From NCBI GenBank assembly GCA_002633005.1, contig NMRA01000573.1, forward strand, positions 186,001 through 250,000: a stretch of DNA of 64,000 nt, written 5' to 3'. The notes under the pieces were generated by a model. That model saw only the letters and a list, made by a program, of their open reading frames with translations. It was not told where the DNA came from and did not search any database. A program made the translations under genes and the position numbers. Source of the DNA: Phoronis australis. Its lineage: Eukaryota > Animalia > Phoronida. Positions 1-11,600 of this stretch are shown piece after piece (the stretch's first letter is position 1; each line of letters opens with the position of its first letter).

Positions 1-442
1 GTCAAGGCCCTAAATGTTGTAAATAAACCGATTGATATCGATTGCCGCTAGAGGGTGCATTCCCATCCGTCTCGCTTCATGGCTACGGACTTGCCGCTAC
101 GAAAGGTTTCCCCATGTTTTACTTTCGATAGATGAAATGCACCAATACAATCGAAGCGGGGTTTAAAGGTTGACGTGACTGATTAGTCACCGCTAACGAG
201 TCCCTGTTTTGAAAAGTCTTTATAACCACATTTTGCTTTAGTGAATGAAGACGTATTTTGCAGGGCGAATCAAACTGGGTAAGTTCTTTCGATTTTAAGG
301 AAACTTTTACCTATCTACTTCTTAATTTGAAGAACATAAAAATCATGGTGTAACGTTATTCAGGACTGCTCAGTTCTTACGAGAATGATATTTTGGAAAA
401 GAAGTGGTCTCCCACTTTCAGCATCTTGGTGGGTAAATGTCA
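1..442. repeat. Exact duplicate of 2726-3167, ending at a scaffold N (443); probable unmerged contig overlap
   Basis: 1-442 reads identically to 2726-3167 (offset 2725), and the identity stops exactly at the N at 443. Confidence 0.85.
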
Positions 443-1030
443 NCGTGTTCTATTGGTTAATGCAGGTGTATACTTTTGTCTTAAGATAAACATCAGTGAA
501 CAATGTGCATAAAACACAGAGATTAACTTGCTGAAATAACCCAAAACCCTGACTTGCGTATATGTGATAGATACATGTATCAAGTCTAATCAAATGCTTT
601 GTTTGGATGTTTTCCGTGGTTTATCATCCACATCCAACATAAGCAAGTCCAGTAAGTCAAAGTTATCTTCCAAAAGCACCAAATTCAACAAATCTAATCT
701 GCCATCTTCGAGTTGACTACAGCGCCATCACTTGACTGGGCGTACGTGTACCCGAAACAAAAAATGGAACATAACGCATATGAAACCGTGAACCTGTGAC
801 TCACACGCTCGCATTTAACGTGTAGCTGAAGCTCTCAAGAAATAACAACATCTTTAGATTGCATTGATCGGTTAAAAACTAGCGTTACACCATTCATAGC
901 CACCAGTGTGTCATATTTATGTCGAAGGTCAAATTTTAAGGTGCATCCTAACAAAAGCTAACTTGCGTCTCGCATCAAGGGCGTATATCTTACCTTGCAT
1001 TTCCATGGTTCCGTCGCAGTTAGTCACTAA

Positions 1031-1606
1031 ATTATAAGAGACTTTCACCTGTCCGTTTTGATCCAGAAAAAACGTTCGGATAGGCTCGGACGTTGCAGGT
1101 GTCATGACATCTAGAAGAAAGGGAAGCTAGTTCTTCAGATAGCTGCTGGCCATTAAGATTTCTGGAAAGGCTTTTCGTAGCGAATAAACACTCTAGACCA
1201 GGCGTGCGTTCCGTAGACGCTAGAACCTCATGAAAACCGTTAGGTCACGCAAGACTTCGCAAGATATTATCAACCAAAGCTCGCGATAAGACCAGTCTTG
1301 TGTTCAATAAGGACAGCACTCCGAATCCCTTTGAAGCCCTTCGCGAGATTGTCGGGCTATTGAACGACGCGCTTGCGAAAAGCGTTTTCATTTTTGGCGA
1401 TCGTTTCTCAAGCTGCATCACCAACAAAGACCGAAAGCCAATCGTTCATTAGCGAAGTCTAACAGTTCGAAGAGCTCGCGTAAAGCGTTTCGAAGCACTT
1501 TGCTTAAGCTTATTGAACGCAAGGCTGCTTCTCTTCGTGAGACTCTTGCGTCTACGATCCGTACGTTTTCTCTGCAACAAAACTGATAGCTCAAGTCTTC
1601 ATTAAT
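1031..1606. mobile_element. Degenerate non-autonomous DNA transposon (MITE-like), about 570 bp
   Basis: Imperfect terminal inverted repeats: left agactttcacctgtccgttttgatccagaaaaaacgttcggat versus reverse complement of the right end agacttgagctatcagttttgttgcagagaaaacgtacggat. No credible ORF inside. Confidence 0.5.
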
Positions 1607-1779
1607 ACATGATATGTGAATCTAAATCTTAAATGGTAGTATTTTTCTGTACAATTAAAACACTTTTTGAACCGGCAACAGTCACATGTAATATGCGATA
1701 TTAAAATACAGAGGATCCAAATCATGCTTACAGTCTTTGCAATCAGGATCGGAGTGCAATGTCACTATCTCTGAAGTTC

Positions 1780-2680
1780 GGACAGGTTTTAAGAAAAACC
1801 TAAGCCTAAGCTAGTCTAGAAGCAAGCAACGAAACTTGTCTCATCAGGGACACAAAGCTATTTATTCAATCAAACGACGAATGTGATCGATTCCCACCGA
1901 ATTTTGCACTCAGGAGATGCCCACTCATTCACTACAGCAGTGAGGTTTGAGGATTTAAAGAATATTTTAATATCGAGCGTGTGTAAATGAAGTTCTATAA
2001 ACAACTGATGGGAGTTGAAAGAATCTGCTCAAACTATGTTGTCTTAGGAGAACTATGAAGGTGTCCAACTGATGCATAAAGTGTTCATTAAACTGATTAA
2101 GTATTGGTTAAAATTATTTAAAATGACGACAACACATCATAAGCTACGATCGGTATATAACCCGCTAGTCACATTGGAGGAATTAGTCTTCATCTGTCAG
2201 GAATTTGTTGCAAAGATGATTTTGGAATGGTATGGTGCAGTCAGGGAGTCGGCTGTGAAACATCATTTCTTGTCTTTTTTATCAACGAATCAAAGATTAT
2301 TTTTGCAAGATCAAAACTTTGCTGCGGAGAATATGTTAGCTCAAAACATAGTACATATTTCTCATTTAAAACTGACTTGAAACGGAGACCTATTGGTTGC
2401 TTGGCTTTCCGTATGTTTTTATATCAGCTATGGCTAAATTTTGTTGCTCTAATCATTAACACGATGATATAGAACTCCGTGAAGTACCGTGAGTTCCATT
2501 TCCATGTGTCACAAACTGAGGATGAATATCGTTTTATTTGTGTTTGTAACATGCACTGCACTCTGAGAACTGCTGGTGCTGGCGTGAACCAAATAAGTAT
2601 AAATTTGAAAGCTTAATGAAAATATAGGAGCCTACGACTCAAATTGACCTTGCGAAATTTGTTTTTAACGTCACTGAATC
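1780..2680 (+). mobile_element. Decayed non-LTR retrotransposon 3' fragment (C-terminal part of the RT ORF, RTEX/L2-like)
   Basis: Frameshifted, stop-ridden translation keeps typical post-RT motifs: PLIHYSSEV*GF..IERV*MKFYKQLMGV, NYVVLGEL, IKYWLKL, VWCSQGV, YFSFKT, and TEDEYRFICVC (near 2516-2548; compare EDEYHF..C). Confidence 0.7.
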
Positions 2681-3494
2681 CAGAGAAACGTTGCTCAGCG
2701 CTCATTTGTAACTACATACGTATGGGTCAAGGCCCTAAATGTTGTAAATAAACCGATTGATATCGATTGCCGCTAGAGGGTGCATTCCCATCCGTCTCGC
2801 TTCATGGCTACGGACTTGCCGCTACGAAAGGTTTCCCCATGTTTTACTTTCGATAGATGAAATGCACCAATACAATCGAAGCGGGGTTTAAAGGTTGACG
2901 TGACTGATTAGTCACCGCTAACGAGTCCCTGTTTTGAAAAGTCTTTATAACCACATTTTGCTTTAGTGAATGAAGACGTATTTTGCAGGGCGAATCAAAC
3001 TGGGTAAGTTCTTTCGATTTTAAGGAAACTTTTACCTATCTACTTCTTAATTTGAAGAACATAAAAATCATGGTGTAACGTTATTCAGGACTGCTCAGTT
3101 CTTACGAGAATGATATTTTGGAAAAGAAGTGGTCTCCCACTTTCAGCATCTTGGTGGGTAAATGTCACAAAATGTAATCTCCATTTTCAAGCTTGTTTTT
3201 AAAGCTATGTCGTTGTTCTTTGACTTACTTCATAACATGGTGTATCAGCAAATTCACCAGGCCTACACACGTCTAATGTACCGCAAAGAGATCAAATCAC
3301 CTACGCTCTATATTTTACACAAATTATGAAACATCCCGAAAAAGCTGTTATTATTTTTTTCTTCGTGCATTATTCTGGAGACGCCATTGTTGTCAACTGC
3401 ACACTGAGTCTGTGGTCAATAATAGTGGATATAAAACCATTATTTATCTACAATATTCTAACTTAGAAGACGTGGTGTGTTTATTTTGCATTGC

Positions 3495-3708
3495 AAAACT
3501 GGCTCAACCTGCTCTTTACGGAGAGTCGAAGTGATTTCTGAAGGAACTGTTCGTTATTGTTTGCGTACGTCCATGCTTGGCACAGAAAGTGGCCAGCCGG
3601 GTCAAGCCAACTTGCTCAGCTTAGCATCGAATAAAAACTAACTGTCAGATATTACCTATCCCCGAAATCACTTCTACACTGAGTAATAACAAGCTGAGGC
3701 CAGTTTTA
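3495..3708. repeat. Imperfect inverted repeat pair (MITE remnant)
   Basis: aaaactggctcaacctgctctttac...gaagtgatttc (about 3495-3540) matches the reverse complement of gaaatcacttc...gtaataacaagctgaggccagtttt (about 3664-3708). Confidence 0.4.
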
Positions 3709-6700
3709 TTCGGATGAGCCGTTGAAATCAAAAGCCATTTTTTGGCAAAAAGCGGGTTTATTTCAGTGTTAAAGATTCAATGTCGGTATAATCACTTGGT
3801 TCACGTATCCATCACGACGATTAACAGTTTTACAACTAAATGTTTAAAATTTGTTCAAAGTGAAGAAGGAATCACGGAAGGTGCGCGCGCGTTCGACTTT
3901 GTTACTTAGTAAACTGCAAATGGGTAATACGGTACTCGTTTTTCTTTTCGGCCTGGACAAAGTGTAAAGCGTTTATGTAGGATATTCTAGGAAAATATTC
4001 AATTTTGGCCAACTTTAGAACATCGTGTCTCATCATGAACGGCATAACATGAGACTTTCACACATTATACTTTACGCATTGTTCTCTAAAGGAATTTTTA
4101 GGAACTGTTTTTTAAAATGTTCCGCTTTTGCGAGAAGCATTATCAAAAACAGGACATGTGCAAGCTTGTGAAAAAAATAAAGTTTCATAAAACGAAAACG
4201 AAAGCTGTAACAGCGTTTTTGAGATTTATCTGGAACATTTAAATTTGATCCTGTTGTTTTGCTGTGAATGTACCTATCTTTTTAACTAAAGACACCTGGT
4301 CACGTAAGCTTATTAACATCAGATTAGTGTCCGGTCAACAAACAAATTCTACGGAATTCCTGCTTTCAGAAAACACTTTTGCTGAGTTAAAGTCTACAGT
4401 TGTGTAGATATTTGACTAAACGTGCAGACGTCTCAAAAAGATGCTACACCGCCTCAAGTGGATATTAAAGTGCTCGTGATTGGATGCAGCATTATTTGCA
4501 TTTTCTATTCTGATTAGTTCTGTTCTTCACGAACACGCGCTCTCGTTCAAAAACCTCGCGAATCAGCACTTTACACTTTTAATGATATCAACCATTTGAT
4601 TGGGTTGAAATTGAAACGTTCATTGACGTTAATGATGCGACGTAATTTGTTTTTCCAAAAAAAAAAAACGCCACTCTCCTTAAGCTTGCCCTATGTTCTC
4701 ATTTACTGGACCTCTTGAAACTGTTGTGGTTTCGGCTCTGGAAAAACTGAGTCATCGCAATCCCCAAAATAGTCAAAACCTGTTGCAATTTCTATACGAA
4801 TTCATAAGTAAAGTAACGCACAATCAACACATTTTTAAGCTATGATAACAATTATGAACTAGTTTATGCTTACCGAGCCGTACAGGTATTTCCGATAACT
4901 TTTGACCAGCAGTCTGTAACATTGTTTGCAATTATAAGAGAAAGTATGGTATACACGGTGACTCACAGTGGCCATAGCGCTTGGCATTGTCCCATGGAGT
5001 GGGGGAAAATCCAAGTTTCGGTAGTCGTATTTCTAAGAAATAATAACCAGATTATGACTCAAAAGTTATAAATGCGACCCTGGATTTTGAAGAATTAGAA
5101 TCGCGTTCTTTCTTCGGCCGCGAATGAAGAAGTTTTTCAAACAACCTTTCAGTACTGGTTCATTTTTCTCGATTTCAATGAAGAGTTTTACATTTACTTT
5201 TGCCAAAATGCAACTATCAAACAAAAATAGGCATCTTTCAAGCCGGGGTGTATTTTATCTTTTTCTGTACATTCAATCTCGGCGCGCATGAAACAAATCA
5301 ATAAATAAAAAATTAAAAGGTGAATAAAGCAATGCACGTGAAATTGCAGAGAATGTAAAATCCCAATGATTTGATATTCATAATATGAATAGAGGATTCC
5401 ACTGAATTAATATTACAATGAATGTCTGTCGACAACGAAGTTCAAGGTGCGATAGGCCCGCTTTCCGGATTGAGTTACGCGTAGCGTTATACACAACTGG
5501 GCTGAGTTGCATAAAGCTTCAAAAGTTATACGCTGGATAAATTGTTGCATGACGTCAGGTGCATTGTTCAACAATAACAACGTGATGCGTGATAATGCGA
5601 CTTCATTGTTGCTATACGGCGTATAGCTTTTACGCAACTGGGCCCAGGTTGCTTGCTCAAATCATAAGAGAGTTCTGACCTGTGTGCTTGAGTCATCATT
5701 TTAGCACCAGGACGAGTAGAACGTGAAGTAAACAAATGCTGAAATACATTGGCATTCACTAGTGGTTGTATTGTTTGCCATTTCTATGCAACACAATAGT
5801 TTGCGTATTTCCTACATTCTTTCAATGTGTTTCGGTATTTATACACTTGGCATATATCAACATTCGTCACCAGTTAACCTGGGCGAAAGTAAAACTTTCA
5901 CAAGAATGAAAACCATACGAGATTTGAGTTAATTTTTCCGTAACTATGAAATTATGTCGTTACTGATCGAACTCTAACCTCCACACTACGGTTATTCGAA
6001 GGAACTGCAACAGTTTTGTGTTGTAAATATTGAGCCAGCAATGCTCTAGTGGTAGATTTTCTTTGAGATGAGTGAAATTTCTACATACAGCGAGTTAGGC
6101 AACTTGAAATATTTTTTTTCCGTTTGCAATCGATTGTCATTCAATGGCGCTATATAGGTTAAAAATTATCTGAGAAGGCATCAAATATAATATCTTTGCA
6201 GAAATTTTAAATACATTTTGTTTTTCAGAAAATTGTGAAAGACTAATCAAAAGTTAATTATATAATTGTTAAAAATAGTAAAAAATCTCAGAATCAATAA
6301 AGCCATCCTCCGACATACGAGTTAACAAACTATGAAATCAAATGTGAACAGGTATTTCCGTAAAAGGTTGACAAACGAAGAAAAGTTGAATCGCTTTCAG
6401 TTGAGTCATGCCCTGGAAGTACGTACAAAAACTTGATTATTTCATTGACTGACTGGAAATACCTGCGGTGTCGATACATGTTTTCAAAACAAAAATCCCT
6501 AGGTAATAATACTGTATGCAGGGAATACCTGGTTTCAAGTGGACGTCATTGTGAAGCAGAGCCTATGGCGCTGTGCGAATTAAGAATTTAGAAAACAATG
6601 CATCGTATCATCAGAAGACACTGGTTTCCGTTTGTGTCTGCGTAATTTATGTATCTATATTGTATGGCTACTTTCTGGTAATTGTATCAGACTGGACTTG

Positions 6701-8640
6701 TATATTATGAATATCTCACAGCTGAGAAATACTAAACTCTTAAAAATTCCGAAACCTAGATACTACAACTACCTTCCAACTATGGGGTTGATGCTAACGA
6801 TTTTTAAATTGAAATTGGATAATTAAAATGTTGTTTCGCTCTGTTAAGAAACTCACTTACACAGAATAAAGCATAATGTGACAAAAGAGCTAACAGCATT
6901 ACAGAATACCAAATACATCAATAAACATTTGCGTTAGGTCTTTACGATGACGATTTATTTCGAGAGTGTTGGAGAGAAAATTATTCAAACAAGAGGAAAC
7001 TAAAATGTGACAGAATAAAAAAATCGACCATTACTGAAAAAGAGACGATAAAGATTATGAAACGGGTGGACGATCTAGAATATCACGAAACACGGGGACC
7101 ACAGCGTGCTTAAAATAAAACACGAAAAATCTGGGCATGCTTGCAGGCGGTCCTAATCTCAAATCACAGACATCCTATGTCTAAAAATATCATCCACTGC
7201 ATCCATAAGTTTGTCCTGGATTCTGTCTCATGAAAGTGACTATAAAGTATTTCTAGGGTGTAATGCGTTTATAATTACTTGGCTTCATTCTTTATAAGCA
7301 ATTGCGGGTAAGATAGAATTTCTGTCTTAAGTCATCAATAACAGAAATTTAGTCTAACGTTCCCGTTTAACAATTACTGAAAAAACATTTGGCCAAGTAT
7401 TTATAAACGCATCATCACCTAAATAATAATTAATAGAAATTATTTCAGCAATAAACAGTTATCTGTAAATTCTCAGGGCCTCTGCACTTTTGCTCAACTG
7501 AGATTTAATTATTTATTAGGAATGGTAGTGTAGAGTGTAAGCCCCAACTTAAGTTTTAAGATAATTTTTATAAAGCAGGCACCTGATTGCGTTCCGTTAA
7601 ATTATTTCGAGATTTAGGAAAGGATACGCTGAATCAACCACGAGAGTGGTAAGGCGACACTCAAGTTTTTTGTTTTTTTTTGAACCACGGTTGAATTTGC
7701 CCTCCTAGTTGGCTGGGCATTTTAAATCTCGTGAAGTATGTGAAGGCTACAAATGACATTTATACGATTTTTGAGTCGTTTCTGGATGAAATATTGCCAG
7801 TTGTTGATCCCTGGATACATTTTTCCACAGACGTGATTGAAAAAAATAGGAGTTGAAACTTAGCATGAAATTCAAGAACTTTTCAGTAACTTTGTAAAAA
7901 TCTATCTGGTTGGCCACTACTTTTCGCTTCATTTCTGTAATCCGAAGAGTTTTGAGTAACTCTGAATGCACCTTTTTGTCAGTTCTTAGTGGTTGCTTTG
8001 GGGGTGAATAATGCCAATTTGGTGTACTTTTGATCGTTTTGAAGTAGCCGGCTGCACTTTCGGTAGTCGTAGAAGATGGTAAGTTTTGACTATGCAATCA
8101 GTTTCAATAGACTTTGTACAAGGTTTCTGAAGTCTTTGGCCCAGTGTACTCTTCATATTTTTAGGTTTTGTACACGCTTTGGAACAGACTTCTGGAGCTG
8201 CCAAGTGCTGTTTTTTATCAAGCCTTAGCAAGTGTGGTGAGTAAGGTAGCGTTCTAACTAGCATATCTTAGAAACAAAATGGTCGCCACTGATATGATTG
8301 GACAACGAGGGCGAATTGTTGAATTATGGTTTCATACGCCAAGATTCCTTAGCCGCAAGAGATCCACAAGCATACGTTACAGAGCGCACCTCTGGTTACA
8401 CGAGAAAACCTCTTGGTCACATGACCAAACGTTACGGCGTAGACAAGTTTAAAAACTGGAGTTAGCTATTGTTGGTCCGTCTCCAAACAATAGCTAATTT
8501 TGCGGTAGACGTTTTTCGTATAAGATTGGCAAAAACTGCCAACAAATATCTAACAATCATCACAAGTTAATTTTTTCCATGAGAAAAATGAATGAGCTAT
8601 TCTTCAATACTTGTAATACATATTGAAATTCAATGGAGCT

Positions 8641-8658
8641 TGTTTTTCTGCATTACAG
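8641..8658 (+). promoter_or_regulatory. Splice acceptor 12 nt upstream of the start codon of the large ORF (implies a 5'UTR intron)
   Basis: tgtttttctgcattacAG|gtctgaacaacgATG: pyrimidine-rich tract plus CAG|G. Confidence 0.55.
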
Positions 8659-8670
8659 GTCTGAACAACG

Positions 8671-11600
8671 ATGCAGCAGAGAGGTAGAATACAACGCTTT
8701 GCACTGTTGTGGGCGTTACTTCTGATTTTACAGCAGTTTGACGTCGTTCTTCTCATGAACGTTGCCCAGTTATCAGGGCATCGAACAATTAAAAATGAGC
8801 AGCCGAGATGGAAACAGAGCAGTAGGGATCTTCCATCAGTACCTAATGTTTTCCAAAATCCAAAGCGTTCAGGTGAAGGTGAAGCGCATGACGTAGCAAC
8901 GACGTTACAGAAAAGCGCAACGACAGAGCTGTTCAAAGGAAATGCGACAGAGGGAGTAGAAGAGCTGAAGTTTTCACCACGTGCTCAGGCTAAGCGTGAC
9001 AAGCGCTCAATTGGGGAAGACATAAACAGAGTGATTGAAGCTATCAAAACGAGTGTAGAGACAATGGACAACAGGGACACTTTTGCAAGGAACGTGTCGA
9101 CATGGCTGAGGTCTTGCCATTCACACAGAGATCAGAATATTCATTTCTGGAGAAAACACGTGGCTCTGTATCCGTTCTTCCTCGTGACGTTGTCAATAGC
9201 GCTGTACGTAAGAGGCTGTCGGGAAGAATTGAAAAACCACTTGCAAGAACTCCTTGACATACTTGATGCAAACGACGTGATCGATTTCGTTGAGGACTTC
9301 AATATTTTGCGAGTAAAAGACCTGATGAGCGGCTCGTCAGAGAGAGATTTCATGCACGACGCTGACACGCCTGAAGCTATGATTAATGCAGAAAGTGAAG
9401 AGATCGTGGTTGAAAATTTCAAAAACATCAAACAACTCTCTGAAATCTTTGATGATTTTAACGGTAGGAGTCGCAGAAGTCATTATGGGTTGCAACCTGC
9501 TCTCGATGACATCATTACTCAATACGAAGTACTTAAATCCATGTATAGCCACGAAGAGAATGACAGAACAAAACGAAATACCGGCAATCGAAAACCAGAA
9601 AACTCGTTGACAATAGACCGAGAGGTACTCGCGAAAATCTTGGACAAAAGGTTTGTCCAAGATTCTGATCATATTTTATCTAGCTCAATCACCCGTCATG
9701 CCTTTAAGTCAATCAATGACAGACTGTATTCTCAGATTTTGCCACAGACCAATCCTCTACACAGACAACGACGAGCAGCAGATATGGACGACGAAACAGC
9801 CAGACCATTTTTTATTAAAAACTCTGCATTTCCATGTAAATTATTAACAGCTAAAATGTCTGGTGGACAGTATGTCATGTCCATGGAATCCTACAGCGAA
9901 GAAGCGTTACAATTGTGGGTTTGGGAAAATGGTCATCTTCGAAACTTTGGTAATAAATTGTACGCTAACCTTGAGTCTCAGCTACTGTCTGATTCTGCAC
10001 CCAGAACTCTACTCCGAAAACTCAACGACTGGCTTGCTGTCGACGGAAGAGAGAACAGTGGCTGTTATGTCGAAGTTAAGGTTGCAGGTTTTAGTGTAGA
10101 ATTGCGAAAAAATTGTCAAGGAACTTCACAGAAGTGGCACTTTGTACAGATTGAGAAGGCGAGGGAAAGTTTTGACAGTGTTGTTTGCCTGTTTGTCATC
10201 CAAAACCGTGATTCCTGTCTAGTTCTAGAACATAGGCAAGAACATCTCAGATCGCGACCTGTACCACGCCAGGTTCATACACAGCAACTGTGGTACTGGG
10301 ACCATCACCGCATCCGAAACGCATATTCACATATGTACCTTGCCTCCAATGGCAGTGAAATGTTTTTGACGGACTCAAAGCAGCAGGCGTGGTCCTACAA
10401 GGAATGGCCAGTCGATGACGTTACAAAGGTAACCTTTCCTGGAATCAGTCACGCAACCTCGCAGGCCAATGACAACATAGCTAAAGGGGATTGGGATTTG
10501 ACTGACGCTGGTGATGATGAGAAAATGCGCTGCGGAAGGAAACACTATTATGTTCTAAAAAATACCGAAAAACCTTGCAATGTTCTGTGTGTCGAGGAAA
10601 CCGACAACGGGCCATACTTGTCCGTACCTGCGTCAGTTGGAATTCTCAGTTTCATGGTAGTAACGGTATTTGCATTATCTGTTGCTGGAGTGTACCATCA
10701 AAGGCAGGGCAAACAGACTCCAGCCAAATTGTTTTTCATAGCCGCAGCTGCTGTTGGACTGGTTACATCCGTTTGTGTAACATGTGCTGCAGTTGTTCGC
10801 AAAGTAGTGAAACTTATTAAGTTTGATTATTTCGACCCGGAAAATCCACTGAACTGTTTGTGGTACTCACAGAAAGAGAAACTAGTCAACGTTAGACACG
10901 GCAGCGATCTTAACACAAACAGCAGTGAAGTGGAACTTACCATGAACCAAGGAATGCTTAAACAACTTGGAAAAGAAAATTGTTATCTACATGTGGCCGG
11001 TGAGCAGAGTATTTCATGCCAAAATGAACCAACGAACTCCTCATGGGGTCTTGTGGATTATGATGACAATGAGTTTTCGGCGAAGATTTTCTGCCTGTAT
11101 GTTTTGCCTCAGAATAAGCCGAGGTGTGAGGACATGAGACGATACCGGCAAACGACTAGTGGTCATGGCGTGGCACATGACAAGCAAACGGATGACGACC
11201 ATGATGTATTGGAACAAAAACTGTGGTATTTTCATGGGGATAACTTGGTAAATCTGGACTCTGGGGACGTTTTCAATGGTAGCGTATCAGAACAGTCACC
11301 CATAAACTTCATCAATTACACGCAAAATTGTTCAACGTCTCTTTCGTTATTCTTTATTCAAACCAAAGCAGCAAATCGTAGAATTCTAGGATTTGACAGA
11401 TCAGAAGGTAATGTGAGCTTCCAGACTTACAACGACGACAATGTATTGGATAAACTTTGGTATATCAAAGGAAGTCACATTTTTAACTACGCCACCGGAT
11501 ATAAGCTGATGTTTAACGTCTCCTCGACCAATAGAACGGTCTTTTTAACTCACCGAGCTCAATCAGACGAAATGGAATGGTACGCAAAAGATAACAGAAT

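Noticed and set aside
7747-8264. Two overlapping minus-strand ORFs upstream of the toxin-like gene as a partner gene
   Set aside because: No recognisable motif and no convincing splice structure; at most a decayed element.
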